Shown here: piece by piece, positions 17,235-26,821 of the stretch
How the letters are laid out: every line of letters begins with the position of its first letter
Position numbering within the stretch: the stretch's first letter is position 1
From: an uncultured archaeon
GTDB taxonomy: Archaea > Iainarchaeota > Iainarchaeia > Iainarchaeales > 1-14-0-10-31-34
DNA: 29,023 nucleotides
Direction: 5' to 3'
Assembly (NCBI GenBank): GCA_964608675.1
Contig: CAZSOZ010000008.1
Coordinates: forward strand, 1-29,023
Notes under the pieces: model-generated
The model's database searches: none
The model's input: the letters and a program-made list of their open reading frames with translations, nothing else
What the model was told of the DNA's origin: nothing
Translations under genes and position numbers: made by a program

Positions 17235-19574
17235 TTACTTTTTTTTGGAAGCAAATTTTGTTTTATTCTTTAAAGATTTTGTTTTTTTTACTGCCTGCTT
17301 TCTATCCTGTTTTGCACGGTTTAATTCTTCTTTTGAGTTTTTTTCAAATTTAGTTTCTTCATCTAAAAGTTTTTCGTATTCTTCGTTATACTGCCTTAAA
17401 GAAATTTTTTTCTGGTCCTTTAATTTTTTAAGGTCCCTTATTGCTCTTTCCCTTGCTTTTGCTTCTTCTCTGAATTCTTCTGCATGAATTAAATGCATGG
17501 GAATTTCCCCCATTTTTTTTCTTAAATCATTTGCCTGCAAAGAATACTCTTTGTTTAATTCATTGTGTTTTTCTTCAGAAATTTTTCCTGAAAAAAAGAG
17601 GTTGTCTGATTTCATTTTAAGTTTTCTTATTTCTTCAAGCTGTCCTTCAAGAGAATCCTCTTTTGATTTTCTTATAAACAAAAAAGCAGAAACAATTAAA
17701 ACCAATGAAAAAAGAATTATTGCTGAAGCCATTAAAACTGAATCAATTAAATTGTCTTCAACTAATTTTGTTGGTTTAACTGCACCAATAAAATCTTCTT
17801 CTGTAAAAGAATCATAATAAGAATAAACTGAATCAGATACAGCAAACAATTCTTCTGAAAGAAAAACCAAAGCCAAACCGCTTTTTACTTTTTCTGAAGC
17901 CGTTGAAGCATAACCCTGTTCTATATAAAATTCAGCTGAACGCAAAAAATATTTTGCGTGGTCAAGATAAAGTCTTGCCCAAATAAATTTATGTTCTTCA
18001 GTCTGCTTTTTTGAAAGATTTGCATCAATTTCATTTATTTTTGATTCAAGCAAAGCACGGCCTTCCTCTAAAGAAAGGTCTTCGGATTCAAATGAAGCCT
18101 TAATTAAAGCATAAGCAGAAGCAGAATCAAACGAAGTAGCCAAATACCAAGAATAATTTTCAGCAAGTTTTGCTGAATCAAGTCTTCTTAAAATGTCTTC
18201 TTTTTGTTCTTCTGAAACAGAAAGAATTGCTTCTTCTGAAGCAATAATATAATTATTTGAATATTCTTTAAAGGAGGAATCAACTGCGACTTTTTTTTTG
18301 GAGCCGTTTGTTTTGTCGTATAATTCTCTTGAAGCTTCAAACCAAGCTAATGCAAACTCATAGTCTTCAATTTTTTGCATTTGGCTTGATTCCTGTGTTC
18401 TTGCTCCGACATCAATTATAATATCAGAAACATCTTCAATTTTTTCAACGTTAATTTTTGCCCACAAAAGCCTTTGTTTTGCAGCAATATGCCATTCAAG
18501 GTAATCCAAAGGAATAAAAGCATCAAGGCTTTCCTTTAAAACAGTAATATTTGTTTTTAAGTCATCAACTTTTAAAGAAAACAATTTTGAATCAGAATTT
18601 AAAATTGAAGGATTTTCTGCAACATCTTTTACAAGCGATGCATAAATTTTTGCAATAAAAACATTGTTTGCAGCAGAATACAAATAATTTTTTTCATACA
18701 AAGTTTCTCCTTCAATCAAAGCTTGTTCAGCAGAATTCAAAGTAGACAAAAGAAAAGAAACATCTGCATCGCTTAAAGTAGTGTTAGACAAAGCATTTCT
18801 TGCTCCTTTAACTTTAATTTTTGATTCATCCAGCATTTTTTTTGCCAGTTGTTTCATTATTTTCATATCTTGTTCTTCAAGCAAAGGCTCGGGCAGAAAT
18901 TCTTTTATTTCAGAAACAACAGATACATTAACATCAATTTCGTCTATTTCAGAAAAAGCAAAATTCAGGACTTCATCAATAGAAGAAACTTCAACTACTT
19001 TCATTTCCCAGTTTTCTGCAGCATAATTAACTAAATTAATTGTTTTAACTGAACCATCTTCTTTAATTACCTGCCTTGATTCTCCTTTAGGAATCATAAA
19101 CAATTTTAGCCCTTGATTGTTTGCTTCTTCAGTTTTAGCAAATACTCCTCCAACAGGACCGATTTTTCCCTGAGAAGAAATTGTTCCAGTAATGCCTATT
19201 CTTTCATTCAATCTTTTGTCCTGAAGCATTGAAATAGCTAACAAAGCCATAGCACTTCCTGCACTCGGACCTTCAACAATTGAAGCATCAGAATCAATGT
19301 CAAACTTAAAATCCAAGTTTTTTGTTTCAGAAGAATAATTTTCTGCAACATCAACTGCAGTTATTGCAGCGCTCTGAGTAGTGGTTCCAACCAAAGGATA
19401 AACATTAGTCCATATTTCTCCTGAACCTGATTCAATAGTTAAAAATAAGTCAGCGGTAACAGCAGTGCCTTCAGTGGTAACAGCAAAAATTTTCATTTGA
19501 CCTTTAGGAAGAACAGCAAAAACACTTGAAAGCAAAAACAAAAAAATAAATAAGCAAAACAATTTGTTTTTCAT
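17235..19574 (-). CDS. Secreted, membrane-anchored Lon-type (S16) serine protease without an AAA+ domain
   Basis: Signal peptide from the ATG at 19574, catalytic EGPSAG, ITGTI...IGPVGGVFAK (Ser-Lys dyad), helical region, C-terminal TM and charged tail. Confidence 0.85.
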   Translation of the reverse strand: MKNKLFCLFIFLFLLSSVFAVLPKGQMKIFAVTTEGTAVTADLFLTIESGSGEIWTNVYPLVGTTTQSAAITAVDVAENYSSETKNLDFKFDIDSDASIVEGPSAGSAMALLAISMLQDKRLNERIGITGTISSQGKIGPVGGVFAKTEEANNQGLKLFMIPKGESRQVIKEDGSVKTINLVNYAAENWEMKVVEVSSIDEVLNFAFSEIDEIDVNVSVVSEIKEFLPEPLLEEQDMKIMKQLAKKMLDESKIKVKGARNALSNTTLSDADVSFLLSTLNSAEQALIEGETLYEKNYLYSAANNVFIAKIYASLVKDVAENPSILNSDSKLFSLKVDDLKTNITVLKESLDAFIPLDYLEWHIAAKQRLLWAKINVEKIEDVSDIIIDVGARTQESSQMQKIEDYEFALAWFEASRELYDKTNGSKKKVAVDSSFKEYSNNYIIASEEAILSVSEEQKEDILRRLDSAKLAENYSWYLATSFDSASAYALIKASFESEDLSLEEGRALLESKINEIDANLSKKQTEEHKFIWARLYLDHAKYFLRSAEFYIEQGYASTASEKVKSGLALVFLSEELFAVSDSVYSYYDSFTEEDFIGAVKPTKLVEDNLIDSVLMASAIILFSLVLIVSAFLFIRKSKEDSLEGQLEEIRKLKMKSDNLFFSGKISEEKHNELNKEYSLQANDLRKKMGEIPMHLIHAEEFREEAKARERAIRDLKKLKDQKKISLRQYNEEYEKLLDEETKFEKNSKEELNRAKQDRKQAVKKTKSLKNKTKFASKKK

Positions 19575-19644
19575 AAGCAACACTGAATTAACAGTAAAAT
19601 AAAAGAAAAAAGGATTAATAATCATTTTGTTTTTCAAAGAGATA

Positions 19645-20289
19645 ATGATTAAAGGGCATGAAACAGTTTGGAGCGGAAAAGGGAATAAAGAAAGGTTTAT
19701 TTCAAATTACATTCAATTTGCTCTTCCAATAATTGAACAAAAAAAAAGCATAAAAAAGGTTTTGGATTTAGGCTGTGGGCCATGCAAAGGAGCAGCATTT
19801 TTACTGCAAGAAAAAGGCTTTGATGTTTATGGATTTGATGCTTCTCCCACTGCAATAAAAAAATGCAGTGAAAAAATTGATTTAAGCAAACTTAAAATAG
19901 GAAACATGTATGAACCGCTTCCCTATCCAAACAATTTTTTTGATTGTATTGTTTGCTTTCAGGCAATACAACATTCAAGAAAAAAAGGAATTCAGAATGC
20001 ATTAAAAGAAATTTCAAGGATTTTAAAAAAAGACGGGATTTTTTTTCTTTCAAGCATGTTAAGGAATTACATTCAAAAAAAAAACAATTCTTTTTTTAGT
20101 TCAAAAGGAAATGAATGGAAAAAAATTGAAAAAAACACTTTTGTGCAGATTAAAGGACCAGAAAAAGGAATAATTCATTATTTTTTTGAAAAAAAAGAGC
20201 TGGAAGAAGAACTAAAAAAATTTTTTGACGTAAAAGAAATAAAAGAAATAAAAAAAAACAAATATTTTGTGCATGCAAAAAGGATTTAA
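19645..20289 (+). CDS. Class I SAM-dependent methyltransferase
   Basis: VLDLGCG, GFDAS, LPYPNNFFDCI and RILKKDG motifs. Confidence 0.88.
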   Translation: MIKGHETVWSGKGNKERFISNYIQFALPIIEQKKSIKKVLDLGCGPCKGAAFLLQEKGFDVYGFDASPTAIKKCSEKIDLSKLKIGNMYEPLPYPNNFFDCIVCFQAIQHSRKKGIQNALKEISRILKKDGIFFLSSMLRNYIQKKNNSFFSSKGNEWKKIEKNTFVQIKGPEKGIIHYFFEKKELEEELKKFFDVKEIKEIKKNKYFVHAKRI

Positions 20290-20311
20290 AGGATAAAAGA
20301 GTATTTAATAC

Positions 20312-23300
20312 ATGAAAAAATTACTTTGCATTATTTTTTTTGCATTATTTTTTTTGAATGGTTTTGCACAAGTAACAGAACCAAATTATACAACTTATTC
20401 AAATGGATGCAGTGATATTTCTCATTCAAACTGCATTGAAATTTCTGAATGCAATCCAGAAGAAACAGGAAAACCCTGCCTTGTATTAGATCAAGCAAAT
20501 ACATACTATCTTTTAACTGAAGATTTGACAACAGAAAAAACAGGAATAATCATAAAAAAAGATAATACAACACTTGACTTAGGCGGGCATACTTTAACTT
20601 TTGGGAACTCAGATGTTTCAGGAATACCTAATTCAGGATTTGAAACAGGCACTTCTTCAGGATGGGATTTAAGCAATGCGCCTAATGCAAGCATTGTTTC
20701 AACAAACGAGTTTCCAATGCTGGACAATTATGCTTTAAAAATTACTGCTCCTTCTTCAGGAAACGAAATAGTTTCCGGAACAACACAAATTAGTGTTTTA
20801 AACAGAGAGTATTCTGCTTATGCAGTAATAGACAGCAGTAATGAAAGCAATATCAGAATGTTAGTTGAAGGGCCAAACGGAGGAACTGTTTGTGACCAAA
20901 CCGGCATGTCAAGCGGAGCCTATCATAGAGGAGACGTAATGACCTGTGATTTTACTCCAACTACAGCAGGAAACTACAAAATTCATATAATTGGAGTGAA
21001 TTTGCTTAAAGACGACGGAAGAACAGACACATACATAGACAACGTGAATATAGGCCCAAAAGGAGACGTTGGAATTTTTTCCGGATGGAGTGACAGTTCA
21101 TGTGAATTAGCAGAAGAATACATTCAGTTCTCAAACAATGGCAGGCCAAACAACGTAAAAATAACAAACGGAAGAATTGTTCAAGGAAGTCCATATGGAA
21201 TAAACAATAAAGGAATTTATTTGTATTCTAATTCATCTGGTTCATATGAAATATCAAATATTTATTCAGAGAGTTCAGGGACATCAAGTGTTAATATTCT
21301 TGCAAGCCAATCATCAAACAATGACGTGCACAACAATGCATTTCAGGTTAATTCAATAAGGCTTATTTCAAGAGAAAGCTTAAGGAATCCTCTTTCATTT
21401 GTTAATGGAGAAAACATTCATTTTTATAACAATGAAATAGAGGGAGGAGAAGGAGGAATAATACTCAACAGAATAAGCGGGGGAACCATTCATGATAATG
21501 AAGTAAGAGTTAATACAACAGTAACAAACCATTATTCAATTCAGGTTTTTGCTGCAAACAATATAGACATATACAACAATTTTGTTCAGCCAATTCAAGG
21601 AGACGGAATTTATTTTGGCACATCCTTTAATACAATAGAAGTATACAATATCAACATATTTAATAATACTGTTATTTTGTCAAGTCATCCCTGCAACACA
21701 GAATATGTAAGAGAATTCAGCACTCCAATGCTAAGGGCAACAGATTACTTAAAAGGAACAGCTCACGACAACAAAGTTTACGGAAACGTGTTTGATGGAA
21801 CAGCAATAGATTATTCTTATAGAAACTGTTTTTCACGCATAAGAGGTTTTTTTATTAATTTAAGCGGGCCAAATAACGAATTTTATGACAACACAATAAT
21901 TACAAAAAAGCAGGAAAACTCTCAGGCAACCGCAATAGTTGCAGGAGGAACAGCAACAATAAAAAACAATTATATTGAAAGCGACCAATACTTCACATTA
22001 ATTGGAGGCGGGTATTCACCTTCTTATAATTACGTTTTTCAGGACAACAGGTTTATAAAAACAGAAAACCCTGACTATGAAGGAATAATAATAGGAGGAT
22101 TTAATGGAAGCGCAGGAGGAATTCAAGGAGCATTAAATAATTACTTTATTAATAATTCATTTGAAAACGGAGCAAGCCTTGAAGACATAAGTTATTCTGT
22201 AAACGAAGACAAAGATTTATGGATTCAATGGTATTTGAATATTAAAGCAAGAGATGCAGAAACACATAATCCAATTCAAAATGCACAAATAGAAATAAGA
22301 AAACACAATTCAACAGGAAAAATAATTTTTACAGGAACAACTGATTCAGAAGGAAAAATTGAAACACAAACTTTAACAGAATACTATGAATATGCTTTCG
22401 GCACAGAAGTTCCAGAAAGAGAACTATACAGCCCGTATTATATTACAGGAGAATACAACGAACAAGAAATAAACCAGTTAATTTCCTTAAATCAAAGCAA
22501 AACAGTTTACTTTGATTTTACTTTAAGTTCCTGTTCAGAAGGAGAAACACAAAATTGTACGACTCCAGAAAATTGTCCAGGAACACAAACATGCACAAAC
22601 GGAACATGGGAACTATGCAAAGATATTGCAGGAGACAATTGTCCGGCAGACATTAATCCAAGCATTATTGTAACTCAAATTAATCCTGTTTCAGATATTT
22701 CAGTTGAACAAGGCAAAGCATTTCCTTTTTCAACTTCAGTTACCTGTCTGGATAACGACTGTGGAAATATAGAAGCAGTATTGGATCCAGAAATAAATTC
22801 AACAGTAAACCAGGGAACAGACGATATATGGGTTTACGGAACAAGCATAAACACTTCAACAGATTTTGGAGAAATAGGGCACACAGGAACCCAGCCAGAA
22901 GCAATGGCTTTCAGATTCAACAATATTCAGATTCCAAGAGAAAGCACAATAAATTCAGCTGTAATAACTTTAACTTCAAGAAGTGCAATGGATTCACAAA
23001 CAGTAAATGTAATACTCAAAAGCCAAGTGGATGACAATCCAGCTACTTTTTCAACTTACTCAGATTATAGTTCAAGAACAAAATCAAATTCATCAATTGA
23101 ATGGAACAATGTGCCTGCATTTATTTATGCAGGAACATATAATACTCCTGACTTAAGTTCAATAATACAGGAAACAATAAACAAAAGTTATTGGCAGGAA
23201 GGAGATTCAATAGTAATATTTATTGAAGATAATGGCAGTTCAGCAGGAGCAGAAAGAAGAATTGTAACTTATGATAGTCCCTGGTTTGAAGACGGACAAG

Positions 23301-25060
23301 CAAAACTAACAATAAATTATGAAACAGGAAAATACAAAGGACAGATTTCAACTACAACAGGAGTACAGCCATTTTATACTACTTCATTAAATCCTCAAAT
23401 TTGTTCAAATATGACTGCAGGGGAAACTTGTACTAATACTTGGCAGGTAATTCCAACAGGAGAAATAAATGAAACTTATACTTTTTTTGTTGATTACATT
23501 CCAGAAAACAATGAAATTGATTTACAGCAAACAACAAAATTAAATATTACAATAAGTGAATCAGGAGAATGCATGGAAAACTGGGATTGCACAGACTGGA
23601 GTGAATGCATAAACGGAACACAAACAAGAACATGCATTGATTTAAGTGACTGCGGAACAACAAACAACAAACCAATAGAAACACAAACATGTCTTGAATG
23701 CAATTTTGGAGAAAGAAGGGATTGCACGACAACAGAAAGTTGTCCTGGATTACAGGTTTGCGTACAGGGATACTGGAGTGACTGTGAAGATGTTCCAGAC
23801 GACAACTGCCCTGTATTAAGTTGTTCGGAGGGAGAAATAACTGAAAGCTGTTATTGTGGTGATAATGTATATGATTCAGGATACTGTTGTAGAAACGAAC
23901 ACAGAGAAACAACATGTCCAACAGACTGCCCTCAAGGACAAATAACAGAAGAATGCTATTGTGGAACAGAAACATACACAACAGGATACTGCTGTACAGA
24001 ACAACACCAATCAAATGAATGCCAAGAAGAATGCATTGAAGACTGGAGTTGTCCTGACTGGACTACAATAGAATGCATAAACGCAACACAAACAAGAACA
24101 TGCATTGATTTAAATGACTGCGGAACAACAGAATTCAAGCCAGCAGAAACACAATCATGCGGAAACTGCACAACAGGACAAACAACAACCTGCTACACAA
24201 ACCAAGGATGCCAAGGCACACAAACCTGCATAAATTCATTCTGGCAAGAATGCATTGACATTCCAAATGACGGTTGCCCCTCAGAAAACAGTCAACCACT
24301 AAAAGAATTCACAATAAACATACAACCCGCAACAACAAAAGAAGGAGAAACATTCACAATAACAATAACTCATTCACAAACACCAATAATAAACGCAAAA
24401 ATAGAATACGCAAAAAAAACATACTACACAAAATCAAACGGAACAATAAAAACCCAAACAAAAAAAGACTACACACAAATAAAAATATCCAAAACAGGAT
24501 ACAAAACAAAAACCATAAACCTAATACTAAGAACAGATAAATGCGGAAACCAAATATGCGAAAAACCATACGAAACACAAACCAGTTGCCCAGCAGACTG
24601 CAAACAACCAGAAAAAATAAAAGAACTAAAAATTTACGTATTCAAAACAGAAAACACACTAATAATAAAAATCACTGACACAAACGAAAAAGAAATAGAA
24701 AACGCAAAAGTAAGCTACGGAACAAAAACCAAATACACAAACACACAAGGACTAGTCAACTTTATTGAATTAATTCAACCAGAAACAATAAAAGCAGAAA
24801 AACCAGGATACAAAACAACACAAAAAACACACAACCCAAAAACAACCTGCATAGAAAACACAACAAAAAACTGCACAACAAAAGAATGCCCAGGAACACA
24901 AACATGCACAAACGGAACATGGACAAACTGTATTGACACCCCAAACGACAACTGCCCAAAAGAAACCGAAAAAGAAACAAGTTTAACAACTATAACTCTT
25001 TCTATATTGCTGGTAATAGGAATAATTATTATGATAATAACTAAATTAAATAGTAGATAA
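20312..25060 (+). CDS. Large cell-surface protein: signal peptide, parallel beta-helix repeats, beta-sandwich domains, Cys-rich repeats and a C-terminal TM anchor
   Basis: N-terminal hydrophobic signal, TLDLGGHTL, many xIxNNx repeats, NSGFETG...YIDNV (CBM-like), repeated CPGTQTC..G.W..C.D.P.DNCP units and a terminal ITLSILLVIGIIIMII segment. Confidence 0.85.
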   Translation: MKKLLCIIFFALFFLNGFAQVTEPNYTTYSNGCSDISHSNCIEISECNPEETGKPCLVLDQANTYYLLTEDLTTEKTGIIIKKDNTTLDLGGHTLTFGNSDVSGIPNSGFETGTSSGWDLSNAPNASIVSTNEFPMLDNYALKITAPSSGNEIVSGTTQISVLNREYSAYAVIDSSNESNIRMLVEGPNGGTVCDQTGMSSGAYHRGDVMTCDFTPTTAGNYKIHIIGVNLLKDDGRTDTYIDNVNIGPKGDVGIFSGWSDSSCELAEEYIQFSNNGRPNNVKITNGRIVQGSPYGINNKGIYLYSNSSGSYEISNIYSESSGTSSVNILASQSSNNDVHNNAFQVNSIRLISRESLRNPLSFVNGENIHFYNNEIEGGEGGIILNRISGGTIHDNEVRVNTTVTNHYSIQVFAANNIDIYNNFVQPIQGDGIYFGTSFNTIEVYNINIFNNTVILSSHPCNTEYVREFSTPMLRATDYLKGTAHDNKVYGNVFDGTAIDYSYRNCFSRIRGFFINLSGPNNEFYDNTIITKKQENSQATAIVAGGTATIKNNYIESDQYFTLIGGGYSPSYNYVFQDNRFIKTENPDYEGIIIGGFNGSAGGIQGALNNYFINNSFENGASLEDISYSVNEDKDLWIQWYLNIKARDAETHNPIQNAQIEIRKHNSTGKIIFTGTTDSEGKIETQTLTEYYEYAFGTEVPERELYSPYYITGEYNEQEINQLISLNQSKTVYFDFTLSSCSEGETQNCTTPENCPGTQTCTNGTWELCKDIAGDNCPADINPSIIVTQINPVSDISVEQGKAFPFSTSVTCLDNDCGNIEAVLDPEINSTVNQGTDDIWVYGTSINTSTDFGEIGHTGTQPEAMAFRFNNIQIPRESTINSAVITLTSRSAMDSQTVNVILKSQVDDNPATFSTYSDYSSRTKSNSSIEWNNVPAFIYAGTYNTPDLSSIIQETINKSYWQEGDSIVIFIEDNGSSAGAERRIVTYDSPWFEDGQAKLTINYETGKYKGQISTTTGVQPFYTTSLNPQICSNMTAGETCTNTWQVIPTGEINETYTFFVDYIPENNEIDLQQTTKLNITISESGECMENWDCTDWSECINGTQTRTCIDLSDCGTTNNKPIETQTCLECNFGERRDCTTTESCPGLQVCVQGYWSDCEDVPDDNCPVLSCSEGEITESCYCGDNVYDSGYCCRNEHRETTCPTDCPQGQITEECYCGTETYTTGYCCTEQHQSNECQEECIEDWSCPDWTTIECINATQTRTCIDLNDCGTTEFKPAETQSCGNCTTGQTTTCYTNQGCQGTQTCINSFWQECIDIPNDGCPSENSQPLKEFTINIQPATTKEGETFTITITHSQTPIINAKIEYAKKTYYTKSNGTIKTQTKKDYTQIKISKTGYKTKTINLILRTDKCGNQICEKPYETQTSCPADCKQPEKIKELKIYVFKTENTLIIKITDTNEKEIENAKVSYGTKTKYTNTQGLVNFIELIQPETIKAEKPGYKTTQKTHNPKTTCIENTTKNCTTKECPGTQTCTNGTWTNCIDTPNDNCPKETEKETSLTTITLSILLVIGIIIMIITKLNSR
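23603..24130 (+). repeat. Intragenic 60-bp direct repeat (23603-23662 and 24071-24130)
   Basis: 58/60 identical by manual alignment; encodes ECIN(G/A)TQTRTCIDL(S/N)DCGTT. Confidence 0.85.
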
Positions 25061-25089
25061 AAAAAATAAAAAAAAGAAAAAGAAAAAGT
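25060..25089 (-). terminator. T-tract terminator downstream of rpl12
   Basis: Several consecutive T runs on the minus strand immediately after the rpl12 stop. Confidence 0.5.
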
Positions 25090-25392
25090 TCAGCCAAACA
25101 AGGCTCCTAAGCCTTCTGCTGCTTCTTCTTCTGTTTTTCCTTCATCTTCTTCTTCTTTCTTTTCTTCTTTTGCTGAGCCTTCTGCTGGAGCTGGCTGTGC
25201 CGGAGCCGCAGGCGCAACTGAAGCTGATTTAATTGCTTCTTCAATATCAACGTCTTTTAATGAAGCAACTAATGCTTTTATTCTGCTGGAATCAGCTTCG
25301 ATTCCTGCTGCTTTTAATACGTCTGTAACTGATTTTTCGTTGATTTCTTTTTTTGCAGAATGCAACAGCATTGCAGCATACACATATTCCAT
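25090..25392 (-). CDS. rpl12: 50S ribosomal stalk protein P1 (L12)
   Basis: [11 protein letters not shown]...[10 protein letters not shown], preceded by a GGAGG RBS. Confidence 0.97.
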   Translation of the reverse strand: MEYVYAAMLLHSAKKEINEKSVTDVLKAAGIEADSSRIKALVASLKDVDIEEAIKSASVAPAAPAQPAPAEGSAKEEKKEEEDEGKTEEEAAEGLGALFG

Positions 25393-25442
25393 TTTTTATT
25401 CCTCCTAAAAAAAAAATATAATTGAACAAAATCAATTAAAAA

Positions 25443-25661
25443 TTAATTTTCTTTTTCATTTTCTTCAGTATCATCATCTGATTCTTCTTCTGAATCATCT
25501 GAATCATCTGAATCATCTGAATCATCAGATTTTTCTTCTGAATTTTCCTGTGTTTCTTCTTCTGATTCATCAGAATTTTCTTCAGGGGTTTCTTCTGTTT
25601 TCTCAGTTTCTTCCCCTGATTCTTCTGTTTCGTTTTGGTTTTTCATTTCTTCTTCACTCAT
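25443..25661 (-). CDS. Very acidic 72-aa hypothetical protein
   Basis: AAGGAGG RBS upstream, co-oriented between rpl10 and rpl12, 39 of 72 residues D/E. Confidence 0.65.
   Translation of the reverse strand: MSEEEMKNQNETEESGEETEKTEETPEENSDESEEETQENSEEKSDDSDDSDDSDDSEEESDDDTEENEKEN
25489..25524. repeat. Tandem repeat (TCTGAATCA)x4
   Basis: Four perfect 9-bp units encoding the DDS repeat of the acidic ORF. Confidence 0.85.
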
Positions 25662-25717
25662 TTTAAATTCCTCCTTAAATAATCAAAAATTAATTCAATT
25701 AAAATAATTGTTTTTCT

Positions 25718-26821
25718 TTATTTTTTTTCTTCTGGTTTTCCTGCTTCTTTATTTTCATTTTGTTCTGTTTTTTTTTGTTCTCCTGTTTTTTTTTCTTTTA
25801 GTTCTTCTTCTTGTTTTTGTTCTGGTTTTTCTTCAAATTTTTCTTTTGTTTCTTCTTTCTTTTCAGCTTCATCTTTAATTTTTTTTTCTTCAGGATTTTC
25901 TTCTCTTGCATTTTCTTTTTGTTCTTTTTTGATTTCTTCTGGTTGTTTTTCTTCTTTGTTTTCTTTTTTTTCTTCTGGAAGTTCTTTTACTTTGCTTTTA
26001 ATGACTTGTGCCTGAATGTTTGCTTTGGAAATAAATGATTCAACTGTTTTTGAATTAAGAATTTTTGCATCCAAAGCAAGATTCATTGAATCATAAACTG
26101 CTTTGGTTAACAGCAAAGGAATTGTTTTCTTGTTTGTATAAGAAATATTCAAAGCCAGATTAAATGCCTGAGAATGTGCTGAAACAAATGAATTAAATAA
26201 TTCTTCTTCATTTACATCAAGAAGTTCTGCTTTAAATAATTCTTCTTTTTCATAAACAACATTTAATTTTAATCCAATTTTAATAGGTTTAATATTGAGT
26301 TTTGAAAGAACTGCTGCAGCAGGTTCAGAAACTTCTTCTCCTTTTTTGCATACAGTTTTGTCTTCAGTTATTTCAATTGAAGCTCCTGCTAATTTTACTT
26401 TTAATCCTGCTGCCTTTAAATCGCTTAAGGCAGGGCCGGGAGGCAAACCAGTGTCTCCTGCAGGAACAACAATGTCATTTGGAGCAGTCATCCCTGATTT
26501 TGCAGGAGCATTCCCTTTATTTTTTTTCAGCAAAGAATATAATTCAAACGGATTTAATTCAGTGAAAATAACTGCAATTGAACCCTCTGAAAAATCTTTT
26601 AATCCTGAATTCTTTAATTTTGATTCCTCTAAAGCTTTAAGGAAAATCCTTGTTTTAGAAACTCTTACAACAGCTTTATCTGAAAGAAGTTTTCTTACCT
26701 GAGCAAACAGGTTTGCAGGAAAAGTGACAAGAGAAGCAATTCCAATAACAGGATATTTGTTCAATAACTGCTTTAATTCTTCTACTTCTTTTTTCTTCCA
26801 AGTAATAGTATGAGAAGTCAT
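25718..26821 (-). CDS. rpl10: 50S ribosomal protein L10 (aP0)
   Basis: WKKKEVEEL, NPFELY, DIVVPAGDTGLPPGP, LSKLNIKP. Start overlaps the rpl1 stop. Confidence 0.95.
   Translation of the reverse strand: MTSHTITWKKKEVEELKQLLNKYPVIGIASLVTFPANLFAQVRKLLSDKAVVRVSKTRIFLKALEESKLKNSGLKDFSEGSIAVIFTELNPFELYSLLKKNKGNAPAKSGMTAPNDIVVPAGDTGLPPGPALSDLKAAGLKVKLAGASIEITEDKTVCKKGEEVSEPAAAVLSKLNIKPIKIGLKLNVVYEKEELFKAELLDVNEEELFNSFVSAHSQAFNLALNISYTNKKTIPLLLTKAVYDSMNLALDAKILNSKTVESFISKANIQAQVIKSKVKELPEEKKENKEEKQPEEIKKEQKENAREENPEEKKIKDEAEKKEETKEKFEEKPEQKQEEELKEKKTGEQKKTEQNENKEAGKPEEKK

Noticed and set aside
22577-24922. CRISPR array or DGR template/variable repeat pair
   Set aside because: The repeats are in-frame protein modules without regular spacers. 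The two mismatches in the 60-bp pair are G/C and G/A, not an adenine-specific pattern, and no reverse transcriptase or cas gene is in the window.
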